DNA of 64,000 nt from the human T2T-CHM13v2.0 reference genome, Homo sapiens (GCF_009914755.1 NC_060933.1); one strand, 5' to 3'; positions 1-16,502 are shown, counted from the stretch's first letter. A program made the numbers and translations. The notes: generated from the sequence alone by a model not told the origin.

Positions 1-339
1 TCTATCTTCCTTTTGTTTATTTCTGACTTACTACACTCAGACTTCTAATACAATGTTGAGAAGTAGTGATGGATATCTCTTTCTTATTTGTGATTTCAAG
101 GGAAAATGACAGTCATGCAACATTAAATGTAATGCCTACTTTTATGCCTTTTATTTAATCTGATTATTTCAGAATTTTTTTTAAATTCTGCAATTTACTG
201 AAATTTTTAAATATCATGAATAGCTGTTGAATTTTATCAGTTTACTAAGATTTTTAAAAATCATGAATAGCTGTTGAATTTTATCAGTTTTTTTGTTTTT
301 GTTTACATCACCTAAACTGCCAAACTCCCTTACTGTTTT

Positions 340-512
340 CTTTCTTTTTTTTTTTTTTTTTTTTGAGACAGGATCTCACTCTGTTGCCCAGGATGGAGTG
401 CTGTGGCCTGATCATGGCTCACTGCAGCCTCAAACTCCTGGGGCTCAAGTGATCCTTGTGCCCCAGCCTCCCAAATAGCTGGGACTACAGGTGCGTGCCA
501 CCACACCTGGCT
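340..512 (-). mobile_element. Alu monomer (FRAM/AluJ right-arm-like)
   Basis: poly-T followed by gagacaggatctcactctgttgcccagg...gctgggactacaggtgcgtgccaccacacctggct. Confidence 0.9.
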
Positions 513-3500
513 CAAACTTTTATTTTGGCATCTTTTGTACAATGTTTTTGTATATCCTCTACCTAAAATGACTTTCCTTTCTTCACTAGCTTTCCTTAAG
601 TCTTAGTTTAGGTGTCATATTTCAGAGAAATCTCCCTTTTCTGTCCTCTGATCTGTGCACTTTGCATCATCATTTATCAGTGGTGTGTTCTCTGCATTGT
701 GAATCTGAGGGCAGGAATCTCAATCCTAATTATCTCTATCCTCCTAAAGGTTTTTTCTTTCTTCCTACACAGGTTACATTCACTGTTGTGTTCTGAGAAA
801 AGGTGTTCAGGCCTTGCTTTCTGCTTCTAAAATTACTAACTGCCCAGGACCATCAGTTCATTTCTTCAACTGTGGCTCCAACAGATCTTTCGCTGTTTGC
901 TGGCCCAGGTATTGCTCTCCTCTGCCCCGAGTCAATGGCAGCTGGGAGTGGTTACCACTTCCTTCTCTTACCACAGTTCCTTCTCTACCACAGTTCTGTT
1001 TTGTATGTCATTCCCCTAGCCCAGGATGATCAGCCACTTTCATTTACGTTCATTATTACACCTTATTATCTGTGCAACCAAGCCAGTCTCTCCTACAGCC
1101 ACTCGTGCTTTCCAAAGGGAAAGGTTGAAATTTTCGGTTTTGTCCTACGTGAGGGGTTGTGGGGAGTAGGGGTGGAAATCACTGTAGATTATCAAGTAAT
1201 CCTTTTTTTCTTTGTGTACTTTTGGAATAAATCTAGATTATGTTGATGTAACTGTTAGGACATTTCTGTTTCTTCATCTCTAAAGGAGCTGGGATCTGAT
1301 ATTTCTGTTCATATTCCTTCCAGCATGAACATTTTATGGCTAATTAGATATTAACTTATTTATTAGGGATATTACATATACACACTGGGTGTGTCCCTAC
1401 ACTGTTAATTTGGGTTGGAACTGAAAATATACTTTCTGTGTGTGCCTACTGCTACTGTAGTGAAGTTCTTGAGCCAGGTCTGTTCAGTCATATTGTTGAA
1501 AAACTGTATGAATATTTATGAAGGAGAAAGAGCTGATAGGTACCATGAACATTCACTGTTGTATATGCATATGGTTTATATTGTGTTCTGTGTCAGTATT
1601 GCCTACCAGAGCTGTCTCAACATTAGCTCTGATTCTCTGTCTAGCATCTAGACCAGAGACTGGCACGTAATAGGAGCTCCAAAGAAATACTTGTTGAAAA
1701 AGTGCATAAACTAATTTTTGAACATTTTATTATGTGCTGGGCACTGTGCTAAGTATTCTATGTATGTTATTTCATTAACCCTCAAACCTTCTGAGATTGG
1801 TACTGTTTGTTAGTATGTTATAAATTTAGGAAGTAAGTTGAAGAAATTTAGGTTCAAATAAGTTAAGTGACTTCCTCAGGATTACTCAGTGCCTGACTGG
1901 CAAAGATAGGATTTTAACTTAAGTTTTTCTGTCTCTGAGTTCCATCAACTTAACTACCATATCCTTATAATACCTACCCACTAGTCAAATTAAAATCTAA
2001 TAAGAAACTGTGTAAAAGCATACTTAGATTGAGAGGAAATAAGAAATTTGGTTATTGTTTTAGCACTCACCTTTAGACATAGAAGTTTCTCCATTTCTTT
2101 TCAGGGCCTGGGGTAAGGCAAAGTGTGCACATCTGCTCTGTATATTAAAATATCCCCTCAACTCATTGAAGTGGAACAAAAACAAGGTCACTTGACAGGA
2201 CTGTAATTGTAATCACACTATACAGCTTTACTTCCTGCCCTTTAGTAGTAGGACCATTCCCTTGTCCTTAAACATGCTTCTAAAATACCAGTTTTAATGG
2301 CTATATAGTCTTTCATTTATGATTGTATAAGGATTCATTCTGTCATTGTATTGTCATTCACATAGGTTGTTTTCAATCATAAAATACTGTAATGAACATC
2401 TGCAAGTTTAGATTTTTGCTCTCACCTATTGTTTCCTCAGACAACTGTAAGTAGTAGAATTGATGGATTAAAAGATACTTTTTAAAGGCTCTGACTCTTC
2501 TAAAATGTGTTGTTAAACTCCTCAGATCTGCTAACCAGATCTTTATGCTGTACTTGTGTGATTTATTTCGAATCTAAGTGAAAGCCTTTGTATTAGTTAC
2601 CCTGTTAAATCCCATCTTGCCATTTGGGCAGCCTATTCTTAGTGTGTTTTCTCTGATATCAGTTAACATTATATTGGCTAATTCCATAGAAACTAGGAGA
2701 CTGGAAAATGAAGATAATGTGGAAAAACAAGAGCTTGTGAATTTGGGAGTGCCCTGTTCTTTTAAGATGTGATGTGGGTTAAATGATAAACAATGCATCT
2801 TAAATTCTTTAAAAGTGGCAGAAGTAAATGGAATTTATCTGGAAAAAAATCAGGCGTTTATTCTGATGCCCTAAATTCAGGGGTGAAATATTATCTGGAC
2901 TAGAGGAAAATTTTATGTACATTATATGGTGTTCTCTATTTTGACAAGCTTACTTTGATATTACTGCTGCAAGGTAGCCCCAGGAGGGTTGAATTGAGAA
3001 GAACTGAGTATTTTGAGGAACAAAACCTAGGATAGTAGGCTGGAGGGAATTGGAGGTCAGGGTTTTAGCCATGTATACAGAGATAAGCAACATATTTAAT
3101 AAAAAGAAAAGGAGAATCTATATAGTATGCTTTACTCCAAAGCTGGATGAGGGAGAAAAGAGGACACGTCTCCTTGAGAAGGGGGCATGTGTTGAGAATG
3201 GAGAAAAGGGGTAAGGCAGATTACTCAGAAGAACTGGGGTAGAAGAATAGGTTGGATGATAAAAGGGGCTGACATTAGTCCCTGAAAGTTTTTTTTAAAT
3301 AACTTCCAACTTTTGCCTTCACCTTTGCCAGCAGTGATGTGATCTGCTTTCAGCTGTAGTGAAGCAAACTGCATAAAGGACATTGTGCATGTTAGGTCTT
3401 TTACTTGCCTGTTGGTACATGTTTGTAATATTTGGAAATACTCTCACTGCGAAGAAAAGTATAGTTGTGCTGTAGTGGGTAGGGTGAGGAAAATAAGGGT

Positions 3501-4552
3501 CATCACCAGCAAAGTCAGAGTGATGAAAAAACTGGATTACAACACTCTGCTTGACTTTGCATAGATAAGTAAGCCAAGCAGAGTGTTTCCTGGATGTAGT
3601 TAAAATACAAGCTTGGAGCACAGGTAAAAGGCCAAGAGGCTTGGAGATGTACATCTGAGATGTACCAAAGGGCCAAGTGCAAAGTAAGTTTGGGAAGTTT
3701 AGTGTCATATAAAAACTAATAAAGAAAGGGTGGTACTCTGTCTCATATCCTGAAACGTTTTGAAAAGAATATTGAATTTGACCAGAAGGGCATTGCTAGT
3801 GAATTTCAAAGAGAGATTTCAGTTGAGCTCTGAACTGGAGGAAGATGGGTGATAGAAGGCTGGAGAGGGCCAGTAACAAGGGTTGAAAAAGGAAAGAGTA
3901 TTCAAGCGTATGCATAAAAAGACTACGGGTAGGTTGTGTAGATGATGACACACTAAGCCTGGGAAGACAAGGTTTCGGTGCTAATTTTTATTTCTTTAAC
4001 AAGGGTGATAGAAATATCTGTTCCATATATTAATACTATACACAACTGTTTACCTCTCAGCTTTTCTAGCAAGACATATGGGCTTGTGAATTAACCCTGG
4101 GTAGCCCTGGCATTAGATAGAATTAATAGTGCTTCCATATGTGACCTCGAGACGTACTGAAATGAGGCAACCAAGGAAATCCTTTATATTGGGACCAAGA
4201 GCCAAGATCTCAACTTGGGATATGTTACCCCGAGAGTTGTTACCCCGATACTATAATACCATGAATAATAACCCCAAGGGTCCTGTTGTCTCTTTTTCCT
4301 CATGTCACTTCCTTTGGTACTAACTGTCACCATGCTAACATCTGCAAACTTTGAAAATTCTGATTTATTCTGCAATATTTGGAAATTTCACTGCTAGTAA
4401 TTGTATTTCCTGGCATGGTTCTGATATAATTTTCTGTGTACACAGTAGCTTTTCCTTTTAGTGCTGAATCACACTGAAATCCTTGTTTAACCTAAGTTAT
4501 AGTTGCAAGGGAGCTATCAAGACAAATAATTACAGTGATGGTGAAGTGAATA

Positions 4553-4867
4553 CAAGTCAAACATCCCAATCTGAAATTCAAAACCTTTTGAGCACACCAA
4601 CATGATGCCACAAGTGGAAAATTCTGCACATAAGTACTTAACATGACCTTTGTTTCATGCTCAAAATTATTTCAAATATTATATTAAATTACCTTCAGAC
4701 TATATATATAAAGCATATATGAAACATGAATGAATTTTATACTTAGACTTGGGTCCCATTCCCAAGATGTCTCATTATGTATATGCAAATATTCCAAAAT
4801 CTGAAAAAAATCCCAAATCCAAAACACTTCTGGTCCTGAGCATTTTGCATGAGGGATACTCAACTTG
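4553..4867. mobile_element. Tigger4/MER46-like TcMar DNA transposon relic
   Basis: TA flanks; imperfect TIRs CAAGTCAAACATCCC ... GGGATACTCAACTTG; internal catgatgccacaagtggaaaatt. Confidence 0.8.
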
Positions 4868-7800
4868 TAATCTTTTCTATGTATAGCCAAGTTTGCACAT
4901 ACATAGGTTACAACAACCCATCATGTCTTAACCTTTCAGTCTGGAGGCTGGAGTTTTCTTTTTACTTTGATTGTAAATTGTATTCAGATTTTAGAAATGT
5001 AAAGCTTAGAGAAATGTGCATCTCAAGATTAAGAAAGCTATGCCCACTGTTAAAGACTGGGGCATGGAAACAAAGTTGGACAGTGTAGTAGAAAGGTCCT
5101 AAACAGGGGATTTGGTTCTTATTTTTGCTATCAAGCAGAAGAGTCAAAACTGTAGGAGTCTAAACCAAATCAGGTCCACCTGGGAGTCTTTAAAGTTCAG
5201 GGTTACTTAGCATGGGGATAGTGGTATAGCAAATAGTTGCGTAGGTTTCACTCGTGGGCTGGTGATAATATAGTGAGGATTCACATCCGCCTGTAATCTG
5301 GGTAGAATATTTGTATAAATCATTTTGGTTTTTTGGTTTTCTTTTTAAAATTTTTAAAATTGTTTTGCTTTTCTTAAGTTTTGGTTTCTACATTAATAAA
5401 ATGACAGAACTGAATTGCCTAGATGATATTCAAAGTTTCATGTGGTTCTGTTAGTCTGGGATTCTACAGTGGAATTTTGTCACTACTTTTGGGAAGAAGT
5501 TTACCTTTGGTGGCCTACGAATAAAAACCACATTGGCACAATGCCATTTATCATATGGGATAATTCTGTGTGTTTATATAATCATTTATGTTCGTTTCCA
5601 AATGTGTTAATAAAGTACAGTATCTCATTTGATTAGCTCAGATGATGAAATAGGTCAGAGAGGTATTATGTTTATTTTCCTGATGAAATAAAACATCGTA
5701 GTTAGCATCTTGAACAATTTAAATTTGATCATCTTACTTGGTATGCCAGCCACTAAGGATGAAATCCTGCCACTGAGAAAGAAAACCCAGTCAGGAAAGC
5801 TTTCTCACCCTTATCTATCTAACAAATTGTACATATTCTCCAAGTTCTGACTTGAATGCTGGTGAAGCTTTTCTTGATAATCTCTTCTACCGCAGCAGAG
5901 TAGAAACACTTTGATCATTCTTCTCAGGACTCAGGATTTTAATTATCTGTTTAATGCCTTTCCCTTCCACCCTAGTGAACTACTCAAGTGCAAATACCTT
6001 GTCTTACTCATCTCTGCACCTCATAGCCCACACTGTACCTGGCATATAGAGATGCTTAGTGAATAATTGCAGAATTAAATGAAAGAGTCAAGGTGATGTG
6101 TTGCAGAGTGAGGAGAACTTGGGCTTTGGGCTGGCGGAAGGAGGTGTCTTCGTTTACGTTTTTTAGATTGAAATTTTGCCATGTATATGCGTTTAAAAAT
6201 TTAAAACCTAGTTGAATAAAAGGTTGGGGGGGGCAGTATCCAGGGGCCAAATCTATCTATTAATAAAATAAATTTGAATTTTTTAAAAAAATGGCAATTA
6301 AAACTCATGTTCATGGAAAAAATTAAGTTCTTATTTTAGTTTTTCCCTAAACGATCTTGCCGTATCACATAACAGCAGTCTTGTAGTCAATCAAGACTGA
6401 CTTCAAGTGGTGAAATGGAATTTTTTAATTCCCTGAAGAGAGAAATCTTTACCTAGTTAAGCTTTGTGTTATCTTGATGTTTTTATTTGTCTAGTGACCT
6501 CTTCTGATTGAAAGAGTAGTTAAGAAAAACCCTTTAGTACTGACTTTTTCAAATTTACCGTAATGTAATGACCTCTTTGAAAGGAGAAGTACAGAGTGTA
6601 TTTTTCATAATGTTACTTAAATTCTGTAGACATGAAACTAGATATAAAACCCTTATGTTCTTGGCTCATACACCACTATAAACCAAATCTGCAAATTAAA
6701 TACAAAGACAACTACAAAAAAAAACAAAATTCAAATGAATACAATTATTCCATGTGACAGATGATGTTTAGGTTTTGCAGTAGAAAAAAATAGCTTTAGG
6801 TCTAATTCCATTTTAAATGTGTTTCTGTATTTTAACTTCAGTGATAATAAAAGCTGTGAGTAGTGCCTCTTCTCATCAGTAATGTTATGCAGGAGGGCAT
6901 TAATGACTTCAAGGCCTTGTTGGTAAGTTCAGGATGAGACATCATACCTAACCAAAACACTTGACAGCAAGCATTCCTCAAATACAGGCTTATAAGTTTT
7001 ACTGAGATGTCATCCATTTTGTTCATTGGAAGATAAGGTTAATATCTTGACATTATTGAAATCTTCATTAAATGATTTTCTAAACCAGTTATTGCTGGAA
7101 ATGAGAATGGAAAAACATTGCATACCTACAATTATATTTACTGCTAACAAATGTTTGCAAATTGTACTACACATGTAGGACCCATATAGCACTTGCATAT
7201 AATAAAGTACATATATGGTATTGGCTGTTAGGCTATTGGCTTTTGAATATGCATGCCATGCCTGTATTGCCATATGGTCGATTCAAATTCCCTTTATTTT
7301 TTACTCTTTCTTTTACAATGACCATGAAACTTATGCTGTGTGTAGTGTGCCACAAGGACATTTGGCCTGAAGGGGATCTTCACACAGCTGAAGAAGCAGC
7401 AGTGAAAGCCTAGTGCCAGTGTTGAGACAGTGGCTACTCATGATCTTGAATGTTTATCCTTGTTTTTAGATTATCTTTGAAGTGAAAATATGTTCTCAAA
7501 CCTTGTACCCAACTTATACATCCTTTTTTTCTCCCAGCATATTTGGGAGACATTGTTTTAGCAAATATTTTTCTGATCACTATCTAAGGAGCCAGGATTC
7601 AGAGATGTGAAAAACAAAACAAGCTTGGCCCTTCCTGAGGCAATGAAAGACCCTTTAACAGCAAGCTATAAATAGATTGATTTGTGCTGTTCTAAAGGTA
7701 TGCAAAGAGCACTATGGAACATATTGAAAGGAGATACCAATTATTGTGAAGGTAAGGGCGAGGTTTAGAGCACATAATGGCAAAGATCCTGTTGAAATAG

Positions 7801-8716
7801 GGTCTTAAAGGATGAGTCAGATAAGAAGATAGGTTTAAACTAGACAGAGAGATGGTATATGTAAAGACCAAGGTCATGAAAGACATTATTATTATAATGG
7901 TGAGAGGTGTGTGGCCCTAGATAGCATTTGCCATGTGAGAAGTAAATTGGAACCCCAAACTAAAAGTCTTGTTAGGCTAGGTGTTTAGCCCTTATCTCAT
8001 CAGCATAGGGGAGCCATGGTGATCTGAGAACTGGGAGAGTATTCAGGGCAATATTTTTTATGTATAGCGGTTACCACATTGTATTACAGTGTTCTCCTTC
8101 ACTTGTCATTGGAGCTCTTCAAGTGCTGTGACCATTAGTTATTAATCTTTGTGTGCTAAGCTTTTGGTAGAGTAACTGATAAAAGTAATGCTTAGAAAAC
8201 ATGGGTTGAATGACTAATCATGAGTAAAGAGGATTTAGGAGAGAATTATGACAATGTCCTTCGGTGGTAGTTTTAATGCTTTGTGGGTCACAGACTCCAT
8301 TGTGATTGACTTGGAAAGCTTTTCCTTGAAAATGTAAATACATATAACATTTGGCTTATAGTTTTATGGGATTCATGTACCTCTGAAGCCAGTCCATGAA
8401 TTCCTGGTTCAGAATTCCTCCTTAGGAAATCATACCCAGACAGCCATCACCATCACACCTTGTCATGAATAATTACTGTCTCTTTTAGCAGTCTTTATTA
8501 CGATTGTGTCTCTTTCTTGTCATTTCCTTGAGTTTCTTTCATACTTAGGAAGCAAATAGCTGACCTGTCTATGAATAAAGAAAGCGTTTTTAATAATGAT
8601 TAAGGTAAAACTTTACTGGTCTGTAAAGATAATAGACAAGTATGTGAATTAAGCCAGCAACCAAGAAACAGCTACTTGAGGGAGAACCTGACATTCCTGA
8701 ATTTGAGTTGAGCAAG

Positions 8717-9327
8717 TGAGTTGGGAGTCTGCAGGGCCATCCTCAGACTTGGTTTGCTAGAAGGACTCACAGGACTCAGAAAAGCTGTTACAGTCATGGT
8801 TATAGTGTATTACAGCAAAACCATACAGTTAACATCAGCAAAAGCAAAAGGCACCCGGGGTGAAGTCTAGGAGAAATCAGACACAGGTTTCCAGGTGTCC
8901 CATTCCAGTGGCATAGCATAGATGGCCTTAATTCTCTCAACAACAATGTGTGACAGCATGCACGAAGTTGTCAACCAGGGAAGTTCGCTTGAGCCTTGGT
9001 GTCCAGGGTTTTTACTGTTGGTCAGTCACTTAGGCTTGCAGCATCTGCATGACAGGCTTCAGCCCCTCAGACTTCTCCTACCCGGCCCCCCAGCAGTAAT
9101 AGGTGTTCACTGTAAATCACATTGTTAGAATAAGCTGTCTGACAAAATTGGTACCATGTGACCCAAGGCCTCAGGCATACAGAAATATTCTTATCAGGGA
9201 GAATATTCCAAAGGTTCAGAGCTCATCTACCAGGAGCCAGCCAAGGCCAGTTTTGAAGACAAGTCTTTCTTGGGAATATGCAGGGTTTGAGCAACTCAGT
9301 CCTGCTGAGTTAACCCTTTCTTGTACA
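8717..9327 (-). mobile_element. Solo LTR, MER21/MER68/MER77 group
   Basis: TG...CA ends, 5-bp TSD GCAAG (8712-8716, 9328-9332); minus-strand start TGTACAAGAAAGGGTTAACTCAGCAGG typical of this group; subfamily uncertain. Confidence 0.8.
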
Positions 9328-10504
9328 GCAAGTTAGCTCTTCAGGGAGTTAGCTCTGTCTATCCTGCCCCTGTCTGCCTAGCCACTCCTTTTCTAGGTAG
9401 AGTGGACCTTGCTGTTCACGTCATAGATGGCCATTCCGTGTACCTAGACTCCTTTTTATTCCTTTGCCAACAAGTAATTGGAATGTTTGGATTTAAGAAC
9501 ATGTCTGTGCTTTGCAATTTCATGTGACCATGGTGAAATTATGCACACATTCTATCATTGTGATTCAACAAGTATTTTTTGAATGCTGCTGTGCATGAGG
9601 CATGGTGTTAGATGGCAGATTGACAGAAATGACTAATACAGGTATCTGGCCTCAAGGAGTTTACAGTTTCATAGGAGAAAGAAAAACAAAACTAGCAATT
9701 CTGGTAAGCAGTATGTGTTTTGGAGAGCACTTAACTTCATCAGAGAGCATGGTTGAAGGTGTATCTGTGTGTATGAGAAGGTGTTGGTGATAATTAGAAG
9801 GCTTCCCTAAAGAGGTCACTCCTGGGGTTGAGCCATAAAGATCAAGTAGATACAAGTGGGCATGAAGCTAGTATTTTGCTGCCAGTCATTTCTGTAGTTA
9901 GGTTGCCTATGTGGTTGGAGCATGTATGTATTGTTACAGGTGTAGTCTGCTTGGCTTCCCTAAGAGAATGCCCCAGTCCTGGCCAGAATATACATGTCTT
10001 TTTTAGGGTTTGCACCAAGGGGAATAGAGAGTGTCTGGCTCAGTACAAATCTGTTTCCGTTACTCCATTATCCAGAAAGCCACTGAAATGGCATTAGCCT
10101 ACACTTAATGGGTGGTAGTGTTTTCACACATTGCTTCTCAAAGGAGGAGTATGTGAATGTTTAGTTTGGGCCTGGTAAAAAAAAAAAAAAAAAAAAAAAA
10201 AGTATAACCATTACAAATTTAAATGTACTTTGTTTCTAATGGGAAGGCAAATGCTTGCCTTGCTTTGATGAAATTGAACATAACAAAATTTTTCTATACT
10301 TGGAAGCAAAAAACTTCAGGAAAAAACCTGGGTCCAAATGTTGCTACATTTCCTTGGGCTTCCACGTGTATGTGGTTCTTAATATAATTTGAAACTTCTA
10401 AGAGCAACAAATAGTTGTTTTTTGCTTCTAAGAGCAACAAACAGTGCATAGAAATTGTGTGATAATAGGATCAAGAATGTATTATTAGAGTGAATATTGG
10501 ATAA

Positions 10505-10858
<354 letters not shown>

Positions 10859-11318
10859 TGATTTTAGAACTGGAAGGGATCATAAAAATTGTCTAATCCA
10901 GCTCATTCCGTTTAGAGGCAAGAAGTGACTTGTCCATTGTTACAGACTTATAAGAGTAACCAAGATCCTGCCTCCTGGGTATGTGTTGTTTAAGAAGGTG
11001 GTTCCAGGGTGGACTTCCTCTGAGGTCTGTTATACCTAAAAGGATAGATAAAAGCAAACTCTGACAAAGCCCACAACAACATCTTCAGATTGTCTCTACT
11101 TTGTTCTCAGAGTGAATTTCTTCTTCCTTGTATAATGCTCCTATCTTTTAAAGCAATCACAGTCTTTTAATGAGTGGGGATTCAGAGCAGCACTTAACAG
11201 TCTAGATGTTTTCATTTTGTAATTTCAGCTTGTTTTATGATCTTTTTGCGTAAATTAATTATACATGATTTCTAGATTTTTGGTCCTTCACCTGTAGTTT
11301 ACATTTAAAATTTCCTGG

Positions 11319-11627
11319 GGCTGGGTGCGGTGGCTCATGCCTGTAATCCCAGCACTTTGGAAGGCCTGAGGTGGGCAGATCACTTGAGGCCAGAAGTTCA
11401 AGACCAGCCTGGCCAACATGGCAAAACCCTATCTCTACTAAAATAACAAAAATTAGCTGGGCATGGTGGCACATGCTTGTAATCCCACCTACTTGGGTGG
11501 CTGAGGCACAACAATCTTTGAACCTGGGAGGCAGAGGTTGCAGTGAGCCAAGATTGTGCCACTGCACTCCAGCCTGGGTGACAGAGTGAGGCTCTGTCTA
11601 AAAAAAAAAGATAATAAATAAATAAAT
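11319..11627 (+). mobile_element. Full-length Alu (J/old S)
   Basis: Dimeric Alu, (AATA)n tail, TSD AAAATTTCCTGG. Confidence 0.97.
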
Positions 11628-11679
11628 AAAATTTCCTGGCAGAACCAGCAGTTTGAAGACTTCATAAACTTTTTAATTT

Positions 11680-13340
11680 TAAGATTCCGGTTTAATATGG
11701 AAGTCTGAGCACATGTATTTAACTCTTACCTCTTTCCCCAGATCCCAAAGGAATATAAAAATGAGGGCAACCTGTATTAATGCTAGTGGGATTAATGGTA
11801 GAATGCCACCCACATGCCAGCACTTGTGAGGAACTTCTGCAATTTACAGTACAGATGACACCAGACTAGTAAAGAATTGACTAGCCATATAAGAAAGGTT
11901 AGTCATCGAAAAGTCCAGCCAATAACTTAGACAAAGGATTTGGGGGGTGAGGTTAGGGTATGGGGGCAAACTCTCAGTTCCCTTTTAGGAAGCACCTGGC
12001 TTCAGTGCTCAGAGGAGCAGACACAGTTGCTCACTCTCCACTCAAAGTTGGTCCAGGCCTTGTGCTAATTAAAGGAGGAAGCACTGCTGTAGCGCAGAAG
12101 GAAAAGGCCAGTCCTCCACCTGTTCAGCATGATAATGCAGCTCCCCTGTGGTAAGGGTTGGTCGGACTACAATATCTTTGTGACTTTGATGAAAGCATCT
12201 GCAGTTATAATGTGGCAAAGAAAAGGATAATTCCAGAATTTCCCATTTCCATCATTTGAGCTTGAAATATCTGAATAGATATTTACAAAACCTTGTGAAG
12301 AAGTCACCTTATTTCTCATGTTTCTAATGAACATATATAAACTTCTCATTTCCAGCTCTAGGATAAGCAAACAGCAAAAAATTACCAATGAAAAGTTAGG
12401 AGTTCAAAAGAAGTAGTCTGAACTAGATAGATTAGATGTCATCCTGTGAAATAGGTTTACCACATGATAGGGAAGAACTTTCAAACAGTACAGGGTCTAT
12501 TTTCAGTTATTCACTATGAAATGAGAACATTTCACAGTTGTTAAAGGTTGCTTTCAGAAGAAAAGCCCAACTGATGAATGTTTTTAAAAATGCACTATTG
12601 AGAGCGAACAACAGACTGGATGCCATAATTTTATAGTCAAGTTTGGGACAAGTTTTAAGAAACTGTGTTACAATTCAGAGAAAAGACAGTTGGTGAGCAT
12701 ATTAAGAGATATAGGGAACAGATTTAGATGATCCAATATGCTTATTATCAGAATTCCAGAAAAAGGCATGAAATCATAAAGAAGACAGAATACCAGGCAA
12801 AATTAATGAAAAAATATTAATCCAAACACATATAATAAAAAGTATCAATTTCAAGAATAAAAGAATTATATAAGCATTTAACACACATAAACATTGGTTA
12901 CCTGTAAAAGGTGAAAAAAAAAAACAGGTTCAGATTTTCTGCTTAAATATCAAAGGGCAAATGGAACATTTTTACGATCACCTAAAATTCTTGAAATAGG
13001 CCAAGATTTTTCATATACAAAGGCAACAGCCTTCTTGCCACAACTAAGTTCAGTGTACAAGGGTGCATGGACTCTTCCTGAAAGAAATTACTAGAAATAG
13101 GATTCTGTATGATAAGAGATTAATCTACTGAAGATCTTAAGAATGGGAAAGATGTGATATGAAAGAAATGGTGGTAAGCAGTAAACCAGTAAGACTCAGG
13201 ATGAATGTCAAAATAATTGTAATTTTCTGAAACAACCAGAAAATCTTAATTATTAATAGAAGTTACAAGAAAATGATCTGGACTTAAAAGTCCAGGAGGT
13301 TAAGATAGTATAAAAAGTATATATATGCAAACTCTGTTAA
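11680..13340 (+). mobile_element. Probable highly degraded L1M/HAL1 5'-ORF1 region
   Basis: A-rich + strand with L1-ORF1-like remnants (gatccaatatg...attccagaaaaag, ataccaggcaaaattaatgaaaa); boundaries approximate. Confidence 0.45.
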
Positions 13341-13372
13341 AAAAAAAAAGTAAAAGATATGTTCTGCCTTTA

Positions 13373-13843
<471 letters not shown>

Positions 13844-14029
13844 TTAAAAAAAATATGATTTTTAAGGAGATGTTAATAGGTATTGTTACAGGTTATTGGT
13901 ATTAGTGACCTGATGTGATAAGTGGGGAAGGTCCTATGATATTGGCGGCAGTTGGCCTTGTAATGATGGCTGAAGAATACAGGAGTAAGTGGGTGCTGAC
14001 AGAGCTGGTGTGCATAAAAGGAGGCCTAG

Positions 14030-14467
<438 letters not shown>

Positions 14468-15520
14468 TAAGACATCTTTTTAAAATTAAGCGATACTTAT
14501 TTTATTAGTTTTCTAATAAGCCAACTTGCTAGAATGTGAGATAGTATAAATAATATTGCAGGTTTGAACCTAATAAAAATCTTTAAGCTTGATGTATATA
14601 TGACTGTGGCTGGTTTAAAATAGATTGGAACTTAACTTTAACTGTTAAAGCGAATCAATAAGTCAGCTCCATGGTGGTATAAATTTCAAAGCGTTCTCAC
14701 TTGTATAATCTAATTTGCTTTTCATCACTGTGAGGTAGAAAGGATAAGAACAATTATTCTCATATAGATGAAGCTGAAGGTCAAAGATATTCACATGATC
14801 TGCAGCTAACCCATTCTATTCAGGATTGTTTAGCAGCTTGATGTTTACATTTGAAAACAGGCATGACAGAAATGTATTCAGAATTGTGAAGGTTATTTAC
14901 TTTTTAAACATTATATGAAATTGTCTTTCGTATAGGCCTGGTTTTTTAAAATTAAACTAATGAACTCTTATGTCATTTTCTCACTTGAGAAAAATGTCTA
15001 ACCACCTTCTTATTTAATGTAGTTTTGGCCCCTAATGACGTTTTCTTTTCTCAGTTCTATTTGTTGATATTTGTGGCATCAGAAGTAGATGAGCTAATTG
15101 TCAGAGTCATCCCAAGGTGGATTTTGGCATAGCAGTGCTTCATGTTTAAACTGAAAGGGGGTTATCTTTTACTTTTTCTTGCATGTGGTTTGGAAAAATA
15201 TTAAGAGAGGAACACTCCTATCCCCTGTGTTTTTAGAATTTGACACTTGGTGAAGAATAAATAGATCTAGGTTTCAAGGCAAGCTTTGTCATTGATTGGC
15301 TGTATAACCTTGGTTAGAACATGTTTCCTCTTTGGGCTTCTGTTTCCTCATCAAAAATATGGAACCCATACTGTTGATAAAAACACTTCAAGTGGTTTGT
15401 TAAGACTTTTAAATGAGATGTACTATCCTTTGAAAAGTATGAGTCATCTTCAAATAAGGGCTAAATTCATGAATAAAGTGAAAATTTGTAAAGCGTATAT
15501 AATGAAAATTTCACTAATTT

Positions 15521-15722
<202 letters not shown>

Positions 15723-16502
15723 TCACTAATTTTATAATTGAGTGATATTAAAGGAATGTTAAAGCAGAAGTTGTGACTGGGTAAGAATATAATTCTGAAG
15801 CATAAAATCACATCTAATGTTGCAGAAAGCTCATATAATGACAAATGTCTATTTATTTTAAGGAAATGAATATATATTGGTATGTATGCATATCCATTCA
15901 TTTAAGAATGAAGAAACTGATTTTATTACCTGAATTATTCTTCTATAGAATTTGGCCATATGTATTCAATAAGAGAGCTCTCTCCTTGACTACTAGGACA
16001 CACACAGGCTCGCACTGGAGCTCACGTCCCAGAAGGCAAGCTTAGGGATTCCTGAAACAGTTGTGCAAGGAAGACAATGAGAGTTTGGACTTAGATGAAG
16101 CAGTCTTAGTACTGAAGGTGTGATAGTCTTTAGGCAGGCCTGGTGGACAGAGGTTATTTTAGAGCTTTCCTGGGACTTCCCATTTATTCTCAGTTCAGAT
16201 CTTCAAAAAGATTTTGCTCATTCTGGAAGTCATCCTGCTCAAAACTGTGATAATCAAGGACCAGAGTCACAGAAAATCAGGATGGCTACAGATATTTGGA
16301 ATTAATCCCTCAAACCTGTTCTCTTGTTTCTAAACTTATACTCCGGAAAGACACAGCACTCATGCCACTTGCCACAGTGGAATAAGCCCACCTAACTGAT
16401 TAAAGGAATTGGTGGGTGGGTGGCAGTTGATTACTGGATAAGAATATCTTCATTAACCTTTTAAGATATAAACATGAGAAACAATGGAATAATTCTGTTT
16501 CC

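Noticed and set aside
803-1246. 147-aa intron-1 ORF
   Set aside because: Non-ATG start, no homology recognised, chance ORF
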